From assembly GCA_040954595.2 (NCBI GenBank), contig CM082598.2:6959097-7023096 (forward strand): a DNA stretch of 64,000 nucleotides. The letters run 5' to 3'. How positions within the stretch are numbered: position 1 is the stretch's first letter; each line of letters begins with the position of its first letter. The translations under genes and the position numbers were made by a program. Of this stretch, positions 51,801-64,000 are shown piece after piece. The DNA is from Balanoglossus misakiensis. Taxonomy: Eukaryota > Animalia > Hemichordata. The notes beneath the pieces are model-generated. The model did not search any database, had not been told where the DNA came from, and worked only from the letters and a program-made list of their open reading frames with translations.

Positions 51801-54800
51801 GATTTTTTTTTACAAGTTTAGATGATCTCCTGTAAAACTGAAAGAAGTAATCTTCTGTGAATCTTGCATTTTTATGTTGGAACCATGCTAACCACTTTGG
51901 TCCCTCCAATGGTGCTTTTGGTAAATGTTTTAATTGTCTTCTTCATGGCGGCCATATTGAATTTTCGGATAACCTTTAAAAGTTGACATTTTTTTTCAAA
52001 AACTGCAGGGCCAATCAAGTTCTAATTTACTGTGCGGTTCAATGTTTGACAATAATGTCATTAGTGGTCATGTGGCTTTGGATTTTTGAAAAATATCATA
52101 AAAAAATTTCAAAAATCTATTTCTAATCAAGTCTTCAAGTAAATTGTGATTGGGTAAACCTTATTAGAGCCAAATTGGATTTTCTGATCTCCGATAAAAG
52201 ACTAAAATTTCCTATTTCTAGCCTGCTCATTGAAACCACACAAATTCTTTTTATGGATATGAGTCGCCATATGACCAGAATATGTCACAAGTATTAGAAT
52301 ACTTTCACATGTTCTTTGATCAAGTTTTTACAGAACTTGATTAAACAATTTGTTTGCGACTCTCGCATGTCCTTTGATCCAGTAATTCCAGAACTTATTT
52401 TATGTGGATATGCCTCTTGTTAAAAAGCACAACAGTCATGATTTTGTTCACATGAGTACTACTGCTGCCAGGACATAACCCAAATATTTCGATAATTTTG
52501 GCAATGACCTTTGATCTTCTATCCCATGCCTTGGCATGTACAGCAGATACAGCCTTCAAATTTGTTGGACTGGAACACCTAATGAAGTATTAAACTTTAA
52601 CACAATAATTTTGTACATAAGCTATTTCAAGTAAACAAATAGAGCTTAAAAGTCTGGTTTTTGTTGGACAATAATTTTGTACATAAGCTATTTCAAGTAA
52701 ACAAATAGAGCTTAGAAGTCTGGTTTGTGTTGGACACTGATCAGTTTAAGATCAAAAATTTGTGTCACAATTTTGCGTGACCTCTGGCTTACTTTAACAT
52801 TTCTTGGCATCCACAACAAAACAGCCTTTGCTTTCTGTTGGAACCATGCTAACCGCTTGGGCCCGTCCCATTTCTTCTTAATGGCGGCCATATTGGATAT
52901 TCTGATAACCCTTAAAAATTGACATCTTTTCAACAACTACAAGGCAAATCAAGTTCAAATTTACTGTGCGGTTCAATGTTTGACAATAGTATCATTAGTG
53001 GTCATGTCACCTTGGTTGTCATATTGGATTTTTGAAAAATCTCATGAAAAATTTCACAAATCTTTTTCTAATCAAGTTTTCAAGTAAATTGTAATTGGTT
53101 TAACCTCATTAAAGCCAAATCAGATTTTCTAAACACACAATTTAAAAAAGTCCTATTTCTAGCCTACACAAATCCTTTAAATAGATACGAGTCACCATAT
53201 GACCAGATTATGTTACAATTGTTGGGCAACTTTCGAATGTCCTTTGATCCATGTTTTCCAGAACTTAATTGTATGTTGTTTTGCTTCTTGTTAAAAGGCA
53301 CAACAGTCATGATTTTGTTCACATGAGTACTACTGCTGCCAGGACATAACCCAAATCTTTTGATAATTTTGGCAATGACCTTTGATCTACTATCCCATGC
53401 CTTGGCATGTACAGCAGATACAGCCTTCAAATTTGGTGGACTGGAACACCTAATGAAGTATTAAACTTTCACACATAATTATGTACATAAGCTATTTCAA
53501 ATTAACCAAAATAGCTTAGAAGTCGGTTTTCTGTTGGACACAGCTCAGTTTGACTTCAAAATTTGTTGGCCCAAATTTGCATGACCTCTGGCTTACTTAC
53601 CATTTCTCAGCATCCATAACGGATACAGCCTTTGCTTTCTGTTGGAACCATGCTAACCACTTTGGTCCCTCCAATGCTGCTTTTAGTAAATGTTTTAATT
53701 GTCTTCTTCATGGCGGCCATATTGAATTTTCGGATAACCTTTAAAAGTTGACATTTTTTTTCAAAAACTGCAGGGCCAATCAAGTTCTAATTTACTGTGC
53801 GGTTCAATGTTTGACAATAATGTCATTAGTGGTCATGTGGCTTTGGATTTTTGAAAAATATCATAAAAAAATTTCAAAAATCTATTTCTAATCAAGTCTT
53901 CAAGTAAATTGTGATTGGGTAAACCTTATTAGAGCCAAATTGGATTTTCTGATCTCCGATAAAAGACTAAAATTTCCTATTTCTAGCCTGCTCATTGAAA
54001 CCACACAAATTCTTTTTATGGATATGAGTCGCCATATGACCAGAATATGTCACAAGTATTAGAATACTTTCACATGTTCTTTGATCAAGTTTTTACAGAA
54101 CTTGATTAAACAATTTGTTTGCGACTCTCGCATGTCCTTTGATCCAGTAATTCCAGAACTTATTTTTTGTGGAATTGCCTCTTGTTAAAAAGCACAACAG
54201 TCATGATTTTGTTCACATGAGTACTACTACTGCCAGGACATAACCCAAATATTTCGATAATTTTGGCAATGACCTTTGATCTTCTATCCCATGCCTTGGC
54301 ATGTACAGCAGATACAGCCTTCAAATTTGGTGGACTGGAACACCTAATGAAGTATTAAACTTTAACACAATAATTTTGTACATAAGCTATTTCAAGTAAA
54401 CAAATAGAGCTTAGAAGTCTGTTTTCTGTTGGACACAGCTCAGTTTGATATCAAAATTTGTTAGCACAAATTTGCGTGACCTCTCGCTTACTTACCATTT
54501 CTCAGCATCCATAACAGATACAGCCTTTGCTTTCTCTTGGAACCATGCTAACCGCTTGGGCCCGTCCCATTTCTTCTTAATGGCGGCCATATTGGATATT
54601 CTGATAACCCTTAAAAATTGACATCTTTTCAACAACTACAAGGCAAATCAAGTTCTTATTTACTGTGCGGTTCAATGTTTGACAATAATATCATTAGTTG
54701 TCATGTCACCTTGGTTGTCATATTGGATTTTTGAAAGATTTCATGAAAAATTTCACAAATCTTTTTCTAATCACATTTTCAAGTGAATTGTGATTGGTTT

Positions 54801-54963
54801 AACCTAATTAAAGCCAAATCAGATTTTCTAAACACACAATTTAAAAAAAATCCTATTTCTAGTCTACACAAATCCTTTAAATAGATACGAGTCACCATAT
54901 GACCAGATTATGTTACAATTTTTGGGCAACTTTCGAATGTCCTTTGATCCTTTTTTTCCATAA

Positions 54964-56850
54964 GGCCAAAGTAAGTAAATTCTTTGTTTTGCGTCCACTC
55001 AAAATTCTAAAAGGTACGAGGGTAAGCGGTCAAAAAACACACACACAAAAAATAACACAAAATTAGTTTGCCTTTATTTCAGAGTTTTTCTCGTGCAATA
55101 TGTACATTTATGTAGTAGTGTGACACACTACTACAATATGATCAAAATACAATGTCATTTGTAGCCTATAATCTGTCATTTGCTTTTCTTTTACGAGTTT
55201 TAGATTTCTTATTTGTGTGCTGAATGTGGCCACTGTCTCTACAAGTTCTGCAGACTAGCTGGATAGACTGGTACTGTTCCCTCATATCCGGTGTAATAGG
55301 GATGAGATGATTCCTGACCCACAAACATATCAAACATCAGGACTATTCAATCTGGCACTGTAGTAATGTGGAGAAACTTCCATCTGCCAAGTTTGGTTGA
55401 TCACGATGAAACATTTCTGTGAAGAAATGTTTTTGAAAATTCTGTAAACAAAATACGAAAACATGCTTGAGTATAGTGATAACATCTCACTACGAAGTAT
55501 GATGCATATGCCAACCCATGAGATAATAATTTTCAATCTTAAAATATGACTGTATTGCAATAACCACAAATGTTCTACATTCACTGAACTTCACAGTCCC
55601 ACCACCTATTTTTACTGATCTACCACCATAGAATTTTCTTTTGCTTACACCCCCCCTTTAAATGCTCCCTTTCTCTAGTACCATTTCACTGACAGAACGA
55701 TTTGTAATGCTCACCATCATCTGTTGAACCTAGATCTAAAAATCACAAATGAAATGAATTTTAAATATCAAATATTTGAAAATAAAATGTGACAAATATA
55801 ACTGTTCCACACTTTATGAATATATTTAAAAACTGTCCAGGAAAACATCTAACAAAATCAAAAAAACATGTGACTGGATTTAAAAGACAGAAATCAAACC
55901 ACAGGGGGCTCTCCTTCCGCGATTTTGTTTGTTTGTTTGTTTGTTTGTTGTTGTTATTGATTGGCATAATAAATAAATATGGTCACGTTTGTTTGTTGAC
56001 ATGTTAGGTATAATATTCAACGGTCAGGGTTAGGGTCACGGTGTATTCAATGGTCAGGTGGGAGTGCCATGGATCGAAAAAATGCCAACACTTACTCTAA
56101 CCGTTGAATACATGTACACCCTAACCCTGACCGTTGAATACTAGTATACCTTACATGTCAACAAACAAACGTGACCATACTTATTTATTATGCCAATCAA
56201 TAACAACAAACAAAATCGCGGAGGGAGAGCCCCCTGTGATCAAACAGCAACAAAGATTATTGTGTTCTGGCTTGACTATAAAAATTTTCTCTACTAAGAT
56301 AAATTAGTTACCTGGGTATGGGGCCGCACAAAAGGTGAAAAACATCCTTTGGTAGACGAGGTGGTGACGATCGGCGACTGAAACACTGTCTGGCCGGCTT
56401 TATGGTACATTCACCATGGCTTCCAGTAGCCGTGCAAAGTTTTGCGCGTCGGTCACTTCCATCCTGATCTAGTCAAGGATAGTTTTATCTTTTTCCGTAA
56501 CCTTTAGGACGACTTATTCGTTGGCTTCATTCATGTTAAATCACGGGGATCCCTGGCTTTCCCAGCAGACAGAGGAGATGCGCGGCGACACGACGCGTAC
56601 AGCCAGCAGTGTGTGTTGACAGACTTCAACTACGAGCGTGCGCAGTTGCTGTAGGGCGTACCGTTTTACGTCACACCATGATTAGAATAGGACTGCCGTA
56701 AAGTGGCATTTGTCGAAATGTCATTTTTTTCGACAAAATACCGCCGTGGATTGGAAATTTATGCAAATGAGTTTTGTGTTATTTTTCTCAAAAAAAAACG
56801 AAAACCTACGCGCGCGCGGACGCAAAACAAAGAATTTACTTACTTTGGCC
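54964..56850. mobile_element. PIF/Harbinger-type non-autonomous element (1887 bp)
   Basis: 33-bp perfect TIR ggccaaagtaagtaaattctttgttttgcgtcc; TAA TSD; empty site ttttccataacttaattg at about 50230-50248. Confidence 0.95.
55900..56238. mobile_element. Hairpin MITE with 7-bp TSD (P-element-like), nested in the Harbinger element
   Basis: atcaaac|cacagggggctctcc ... ggagagccccctgtg|atcaaac; arms of more than 100 bp. Confidence 0.85.
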
Positions 56851-59049
56851 TAACTTAATTGTACGTGGATATGCTTCTTGTTAAAAAGCTTAACAGTCAT
56901 GATTTTGTTCACATGAGTACTACCAATAGAGCTTAGAAGTCTGGTTTTTTGTTGGACACTTATCAGTTTGATATCAAATTTTGTTAGCACAATTTTGCAT
57001 GACCTCTGGCTTACTTTACTATTTCTTGGCATCCACAACAGAAACAGCCTTTGCTTTCTTTTGGAACCATGCTTACCACATTGGTCCCTCCAATGCAGCA
57101 TGTTGCTTTAATTGTCTTCTTCATGGTTGCCATATTGGATTTTTGGAGATGCGTTTAACGTCAGAGTTGGAAGTTTTGTTTAGTAAAGTCTGTGAAGTGA
57201 CATGTCTTCAAAGTGACTGATGTTATCTGCTAAGAGCTGAATGCCCATGGGTGTTCTTTCCTAGATTTTACATTTTCTTAGCATTTTATAGACCTGTGTA
57301 TAACTATAATTTTAGTAATATATTCTAATTTGAGTTTAGGTAGAGTATGCATGGAATTAAAGTAATTATTCTGTAATTACGCAACCAAATATGTTGTCTA
57401 ACTAATGGATATTTTGATTGTCAATTTGCACAGGCAACATTATTGAAGTAGCATTGAGAGTAGTTGATAATATAGCAGAGCTTCTAACTGGAAAGAAGAG
57501 CTTAGTAAATTTATCAGCTCATAATATTCCTTTAACCAATGAACTTTATATGAACTTGCACACCTGCGTTAAAGATACAGGGATTAATGTTCAGGAAACC
57601 TTACCAGCTCTAGTACAATTTTTTGAGCCAGAAATTGAATTACCCCCCCCCCCCCCCCCAAAGAAAAAAAAAATAAAAATCAGTAATTTCATAAAGACAT
57701 AGTCAGAAAAGAAATAGAGAAAGCCAGCAAGGAAGGGAGAAAAGTGGAATACATGAAAGACACAGTTTGCTTAAAATACGTGTGTTTGCAGTAAAACTGT
57801 ATGGTGCAACGGCGTCCATTTTTATGATTTATAGCCAGCCAGTCTTTCCATGCATATCATACCAAAATTTAATATGAAATTCTTGTTAATGTTAATAGTC
57901 TACAAGGGTAGTACAGGTAACATGTAGAAATTAAACTATCCAACTTTCTCCACTTTTGATATCTGCTCGACACAGGCAAGCAAAAGGGCCGATCTGTGAC
58001 TTTGACTTGAATGATGGCAATTTTTGCTGTCCAGAAGTAACTGTATAACATTTTTTTGGTAGTAATATCATCTTTATGATTGCTAAAATACACAAGAATT
58101 TAAATATTTCCACTTACTACAGTGATTGAACTGATTTTCAGCAAATTGCAGTGTATAAACAAATATTGCCATCTAATGAAATGTCAACCCAATATGGCCG
58201 CCCATTTGCAATGGTAAAATGCTAGGTTTACCATATTTGAGCACCTGGGAATTAAATTATAATCCAGATATCAAAAACATAAGTCACTATCTGTATCTGC
58301 AAATATATTGTAATATAATCTGAAAATTTCGTGAAAATTAGATCAAACATGATTGAGACACGGAACATCAAACATTGCAAATTTTCATATTTTACCATGG
58401 TGCCATGCAAAAAATAGAGAGATTTTTTTTACAAGTTTAGATGATCTCCTGTAAAACTGAAAGAAGTAATCTTCTGTGAATCTTGCATTTTTATATAATT
58501 TGGTAAAATTCTTTGAAAAATGGTGAAGATACTTGAGAATCTCAGTATTATTTGATTCGTTTGTACCTAGACAACCGGTGAACCAATTTTGATAATTTTC
58601 TTTGTTATAACCTACTAAGATGTATAAACATTTTTATCAGAAAAATAAAAGGCAATCTTGGAGTAAATTTTAACTGAACTTCCTTATATAATTTTAATGG
58701 TCCAGCTGTTACAGGGACCACCAGCTATTTTATTATAAACTGGTGGTAGGTCAGTGAATGCCTCTGTCTGATTGGATTAATTAATTTGTCATACTCGCAT
58801 GTATTTTTACAGACAGTTTTTGGACAAAAAGCAGTTGTTGTTTTTTTAGTGTAGCTTGTAAGATTGCTGTGACACATAACACTTTATTTGGCATAGTTAA
58901 ATTTTTTATGTTTCCATAGTATTTAAATAGTAATGCCATATATGCTTGCCAATGTCACCCCTGAATTTAATTCTGGCGAATACCTAATTTCTGTGTAATC
59001 CCCAAAGGGCACCACAGTGTCCTTTACATTATTTTATAAGAAGTAAATT

Positions 59050-62000
59050 ATACATAGATATGCATCTTGTTAAAAAGCCCAACAGTCATGATTTTGTTCA
59101 CATGAGTACTACTGCTGCCAGGACATAACCCAAATCTTTTGATAATTTTGGCAATGACCTTTGATCTACTATCCCATGCCTTGGCATGTACAGCAGATAC
59201 AGCCTTCAAATTTGGTGTTCTCAATTGACTGTGCGGTTCAATGTTTGACAATAATATCATTAGTGGTCATGTGGCTTTGGATTTTTGAAAAATATCATAA
59301 AAAAATTTCAAAAATCTATTTCTAATCAAGTTTTCAAGTAAATTGTGATTGGATAAACCTTGCTGGAGCCAAATTGGATTTTCTGATCTCCGATAAAAGA
59401 CTAAAATTTCCTATTTCTAGCGTGCTCATTGAAACCACACAAATTCTTTTTTATGGATACGAGTCACCATATGACCAGAATATATCACAATTATTAGACT
59501 ACTTTCACATGTTCTTTGATCAAGATTTTACAAAACTTGATTAAACAATTTGTTTGCGACTCTCGCATGTCCTTTGATCCAGTAATTCAAGAACTTATTT
59601 AATTTGGATATGCCTCTTGTTAAAAAGCACAACAGTCATGATTTTGTTCACATGAGTACTACTGCTGCCAGGACATAACCCAAATATTTTGATAGTTTTG
59701 GCAATGACCTTTGATCTATTATCCCATGCCTTGGCATGTACAGCAGATATAGCCTTCAAATTTGGTGGACTGGAACACCTAATGAAGTATTAAATTTTCA
59801 CACAATAATTATGTACATAAGCTATTTCAAGTTAACCAATAGAGCTTAGAAGTCTGTTTTCTGTTGGACACAGCTCAGTTTGATATCAAAATTTGTTAGC
59901 ACAAATTTGCGTGACCACTGGCTTACTTACCATTTCTCAGCATCCATAACAGATACAGCCTTTGTTTTCTCTTGGAACTATGCTAACCACTTTGGTCCCT
60001 CCAATGCTGCTTTTAGTTTTAATTGTCTTGTTCATGGCGGCCATATTGGATTTTCGGATAACCTTTAAAAGGTGACATTTTTTTCAAAAACTACAGGGCC
60101 AATCAAGTTTTAATTGACTGTGCGGTTCAATGTTTGACAATAATATCGTCAGTGGTCATGTGGCTTTGGATTTTTGAAAAATATCATAAAAAAATCAAAA
60201 AATCTATTTCTAATCAAGTTTTCAAGTAAATTGTGATTGGGTAAACCTTATTGGAGCCAAATTGGATTTTCTGATCTCCGATAAAAGACTAACATTTTCT
60301 ATTTCTAGCGTGCTCGTTGAAACCACACAAATTCTTTTTATGGATATGAGTCACCATAGGACCAGAATATATCAAAATTATTAGACTACTTTCAGATGTT
60401 CTTTGATCAAATTTTTACAAAACTTGATTAAACAACTTGTTTGCGACTCTCGCATGTCCTTTGATCCAGTAATTCGAGAACTTATTTTATGTGGATATGC
60501 CTCTTGTTAAACAGCTCAACTGTCATGATTTTGTTCACATGAGTACTACTGCTGCCAGGACATAACCCAAATCTTTTGATAATTTTGGCAATGACCTTTG
60601 ATCTACTATCCCATGCCTTGGCATGTACAGCAGATACAGCCTTCAAATTTGGTGGACTGGAACACCTAATGAAGTATTAAACTTTCACACATAATTATGT
60701 ACATAAGCTATTTCAAATTAACCAATAGAGCTTAGAAGTCTGTTTTCTGTTGGACACAGCTCAGTTTGATATCAAAATTTGTTGGCCCAAATTTGCATGA
60801 CCTCTGGCTTACTTACCATTTCTCAGCATCCATAACGGATACAGCCTTTGCTTTCTGTTGGAACCATACTAACCACGTTGGTCCCGCCAATGCTGCTTTT
60901 AGTTGTAATTGTCTTGTTCATGGCGGCCATATTGGATTTTCGGATAACCTTTAAAAGGTGACATTTTTTTTCAAAAACTACAGGGCCAATCAAGATCAAA
61001 TTGACTGTGCGGTTCAATGTTTGACAATAATATCGTTAGTGGTCATGTGGCTTTGGATTTTTGAAAAATGGAATAAAAAAATTTGAAAACATTTATTTCT
61101 AATCAAGTTTTCAAGTAAAATGTGATTGGGTAAACCTTATTGGAGCCAAATTGGATTTTCTGATCTCCGATAAAAGACTAAAATTTCCTATTTCTAGCGT
61201 GCTCATTGAAACCACACAAATTCTTTTTATGGATATGAGTCACCGTAGGACCAGAATATATCATAATGATTAGACTACTTCCACATGTTCTTTGATCCAG
61301 TAATTCCAGAACTTATTTTATGTGGATATGCCTCTTGTTAAAAAGCACAACAGTCATGATTTTGTTCACATGAGTACTACTGCTGCCAGGACACTTTAAA
61401 AGTTGACTTTTTTCAAAAATTACAAGGCCAATAAAGTTCTAATTTACTGTGGGGTTCCAATTTTTTCAATAATAATGTTAGTGGTCATGTGACTTTGGAT
61501 TTATTATGGATTTTTGAAAAATCTCGTTAAAATGTCAAAAATCTTTTTCTACTTAAGTTTTCAAGTGAATTGTGATTGGTTCAACCTTATTGGATAAAAC
61601 TTTTGTATGGATACGAGTCGCCATATGACCAGAATACATGTTTTTGATCCAGTTTTCTCAGAACTTGATTATACAAAATTTTGACAACTACACATTTCCT
61701 TTGATCCAGTGTTTTCTGAACTTAATTGTACGTGGATACGATTCTTGTTAAAAAGCACAACAGTCATGATTTTGTTTACATGAGTACTACTGCTGCCGGA
61801 ACATAACCTAATTTTTTGATAATTTTGGCAATGACCTTTTATCTACTTTCCCATAACCTGGCATGCACAGCAGATGCATGTTTCAAATTTAGAGGACTGG
61901 AACACCTAATGAAGTACTTTACCATTTCTTGGCATCCACAACAGATACAGCCTTTGCTTTCTTTTGAAACCATGCTAACCAGTTTAGCCCCTGCAATGCT

Positions 62001-64000
62001 GCTTGTAAGTTTAACACTTTCACTGCGTAGTTAATATATGCTAATGTATTCCTGTGCGTAGTTTCCTATGGTAAATTTAACTAATAAACAATGTTTTACT
62101 TTACCATCTCTCTCTCTTGTAATATGAAAGTATATGCAATGATATTTCCAGCAAGTATATTTTATAAGACAACCAACATAATAAAACTGAAAAATGGTCA
62201 CATGACCATTAATTGGTCATGTGACACTGGCGGCCATAATGGATTTCTGTCGAAATATGGTAAAAACAACAGATATTGTAATATAAGTGACTGAAATTCT
62301 GTATTTAATTCATTGTATCACAGCTGACAGACAAAAATAGTCAAAAACAACTTCCCCCTGTATAAAAGGGAATAACAAGTGACTTTTGAGCAAGAAATTT
62401 GATCAAATTTATTAATGGACCATAAAAAGAATTATCAAATCATGCCCACCATTTACATGTATACATGTTTAAAATCTGAGAAAGAAATAGAGTTTATTAG
62501 TGAAAAGGTGAATGATTGAATTTGTAAATAAATAATAATAATAAAATAAATTCATTAAGTAATTTATTACATGCTCTACGATTTAATGAATTGCAAGTTG
62601 AAGAAATCAAGATTGGTAAATATGAATATACACACATTTAAAAAAAAAATTCATTAGCATAGTACTGTTTTGGCAATTCATTTCAAATGGATATAATACT
62701 CTGACAACATAGACTTCTGGCAAAGTCCCATCATGATTTGCAAAGAAACCTACGCCTTCATTTAATTCAGTGAAGTAGGCATCTAGCGAAATCTTGACCG
62801 GAAGGGCAACTCATCAATTGCAGGGTTGTCAAAAAATTGTGCGGTGTACATATCAGTTTGCTCTGACAATGACATCAACTCAAACACATCAGCACGAAAG
62901 AACAGCTGAAAAAAGTCAACGGGTGCAAAGTCATCAGTGTCAACTAATAAACCTTAGCGATGATCGTATACAGATAACCAGTCCGGTGTGTAATTGTCAT
63001 TTACGTCATACAAAACCCACCGCGTGTCACCATTAACGTTACGACGTCTGAGAACATGGCAAAAACCCTCCCTCTCTATCTGTCTCTACTCTGTTTTCTC
63101 CGTGTCTGGCTTCTATTTCTGGTTCTATGATGTTGTTGTCCGTAATTTGGCTTCCGCTATCGCTATGATCGCTGTCACTATCCTGAAAGACTTGTTCAAG
63201 AACTTCGTCGGCATCAAACTTTGCCCATGTCGCCATTTTTAAATACCAAGTGAATGAAAAAATATGATCGGGGTGACCTAAAATCAGCTGTATAAGGAAA
63301 CCCTTTGATGACAAAATCGACTTGATTGTTTACAATACATATGCGCATGCTCAATTAGGGTTGACCCCTGTCCTATATAAAGTCATACAAAATGAGTAAG
63401 TAAGCAACGAACATAAAATAGAACAGACCAAGTAACGGACGCGATCTTGGCGCATTTATGCGCCTCCCGCATTCTGACTGCCGGCGCAGAAAACGCCCTC
63501 CCGCAGCGAAAGTGTTAATTGTCTTCTTCATGACGGCCATATTGGATTTTCTGATAATTTCTACAAGTTGACATTTATTTTCAAAACTGCAGGGCAAATC
63601 AATTACTAATTGACTGTCTGGTTCAAAGTTTGACAATAATATCATTAGTGGTCATGTGACTTTTGATGCCTTATTGGATTTTTGAAAATCTCATTAAAAT
63701 TGTCATTTTTTTATCTAATCAAGTTTTCAAGTGAATTTTGATTGGTTAAATCTCATTGGAGCCAAATAAGATGTTCTAAACTCCGATTAAAAACTAAATT
63801 TTCCTATTTTAGCCTATGCATTGATTGCATACAAATTCCTTTAATGGATACGAGTCACCATAAGACTAGAATATGTTACAATTTTTTGGCAACTTTCACA
63901 TGTCCTTTGATCCAACCTTTTTCAACACCTAATAATACAAATTTTTGGCAACTTTCATTTGTCTTTTGATCCAGATCTTTCAGAACTTAATGAAAGCTTA
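59050..64000. repeat. More diverged continuation of the ~890-bp monomer array
   Basis: Same motifs (catgagtactactgctgccagg, atggcggccatattgga); ORFs 59880 and 60766 are offset by 886. Confidence 0.85.
62015..63514 (-). mobile_element. Internally deleted piggyBac element (1500 bp) with transposase remnants
   Basis: ttaa|cactttcactgcg ... cgcagcgaaagtg|ttaa; minus-strand acidic N-terminus MATWAKFDADEVLEQVFQDSDSD and degenerate IDELPFRSRFR*MP near 62775-62820; empty site ttttaattgtctt in other monomers. Confidence 0.85.

Larger units (their letters stand above)
43245..58492. repeat. Large tandem segmental repeat: blocks start at about 43250, 50533 and 57144, each a ~1.3-kb non-satellite segment followed by 894/805-bp monomers
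   Basis: Identical or near-identical ORFs offset by 7306 (45406/52712, 44006/51312), 6619 (51312/57931), 894 (46244/47138) and 2593 (45778/48371). Confidence 0.95.

Noticed and set aside
45400-61020. Repeated 60-90 aa ORFs as a tandem peptide gene family
   Set aside because: They occur on both strands of satellite monomers, often with non-ATG starts, and are broken by indels in sister copies.

Overview
AT-rich, intron-containing animal genomic DNA; the repeat and gene style suggests a marine invertebrate deuterostome (inference). It is not prokaryotic, and most ORFs in the supplied track are spurious. (1) 1.4-10.3 kb holds the 3' part of a spliced ankyrin-Roc-COR-death-domain (DAPK-like ROCO) gene. 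One ankyrin exon is split by a 955-bp PIF/Harbinger-type element that creates an immediate stop, and a ~141-bp tandem array follows the stop codon. (2) 19.3-36.0 kb holds an unprocessed, multiply disabled MED25 copy (VWA, part of ACID, Q-rich tail). Its later ACID exons are missing, and two Ca-binding EGF exons sit in their place between ~250-bp direct repeats. One intron carries a minimal Penelope-type hammerhead ribozyme on the minus strand. (3) 43-64 kb is a nested higher-order tandem repeat (894/805-bp monomers inside 4.7-7.3-kb blocks) with Harbinger, P-like and piggyBac insertions; the empty sites of the Harbinger and piggyBac insertions are visible in paralogous copies. Many MITEs and two LINE 3' fragments are interspersed. 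All calls were made by eye; no searches were run.
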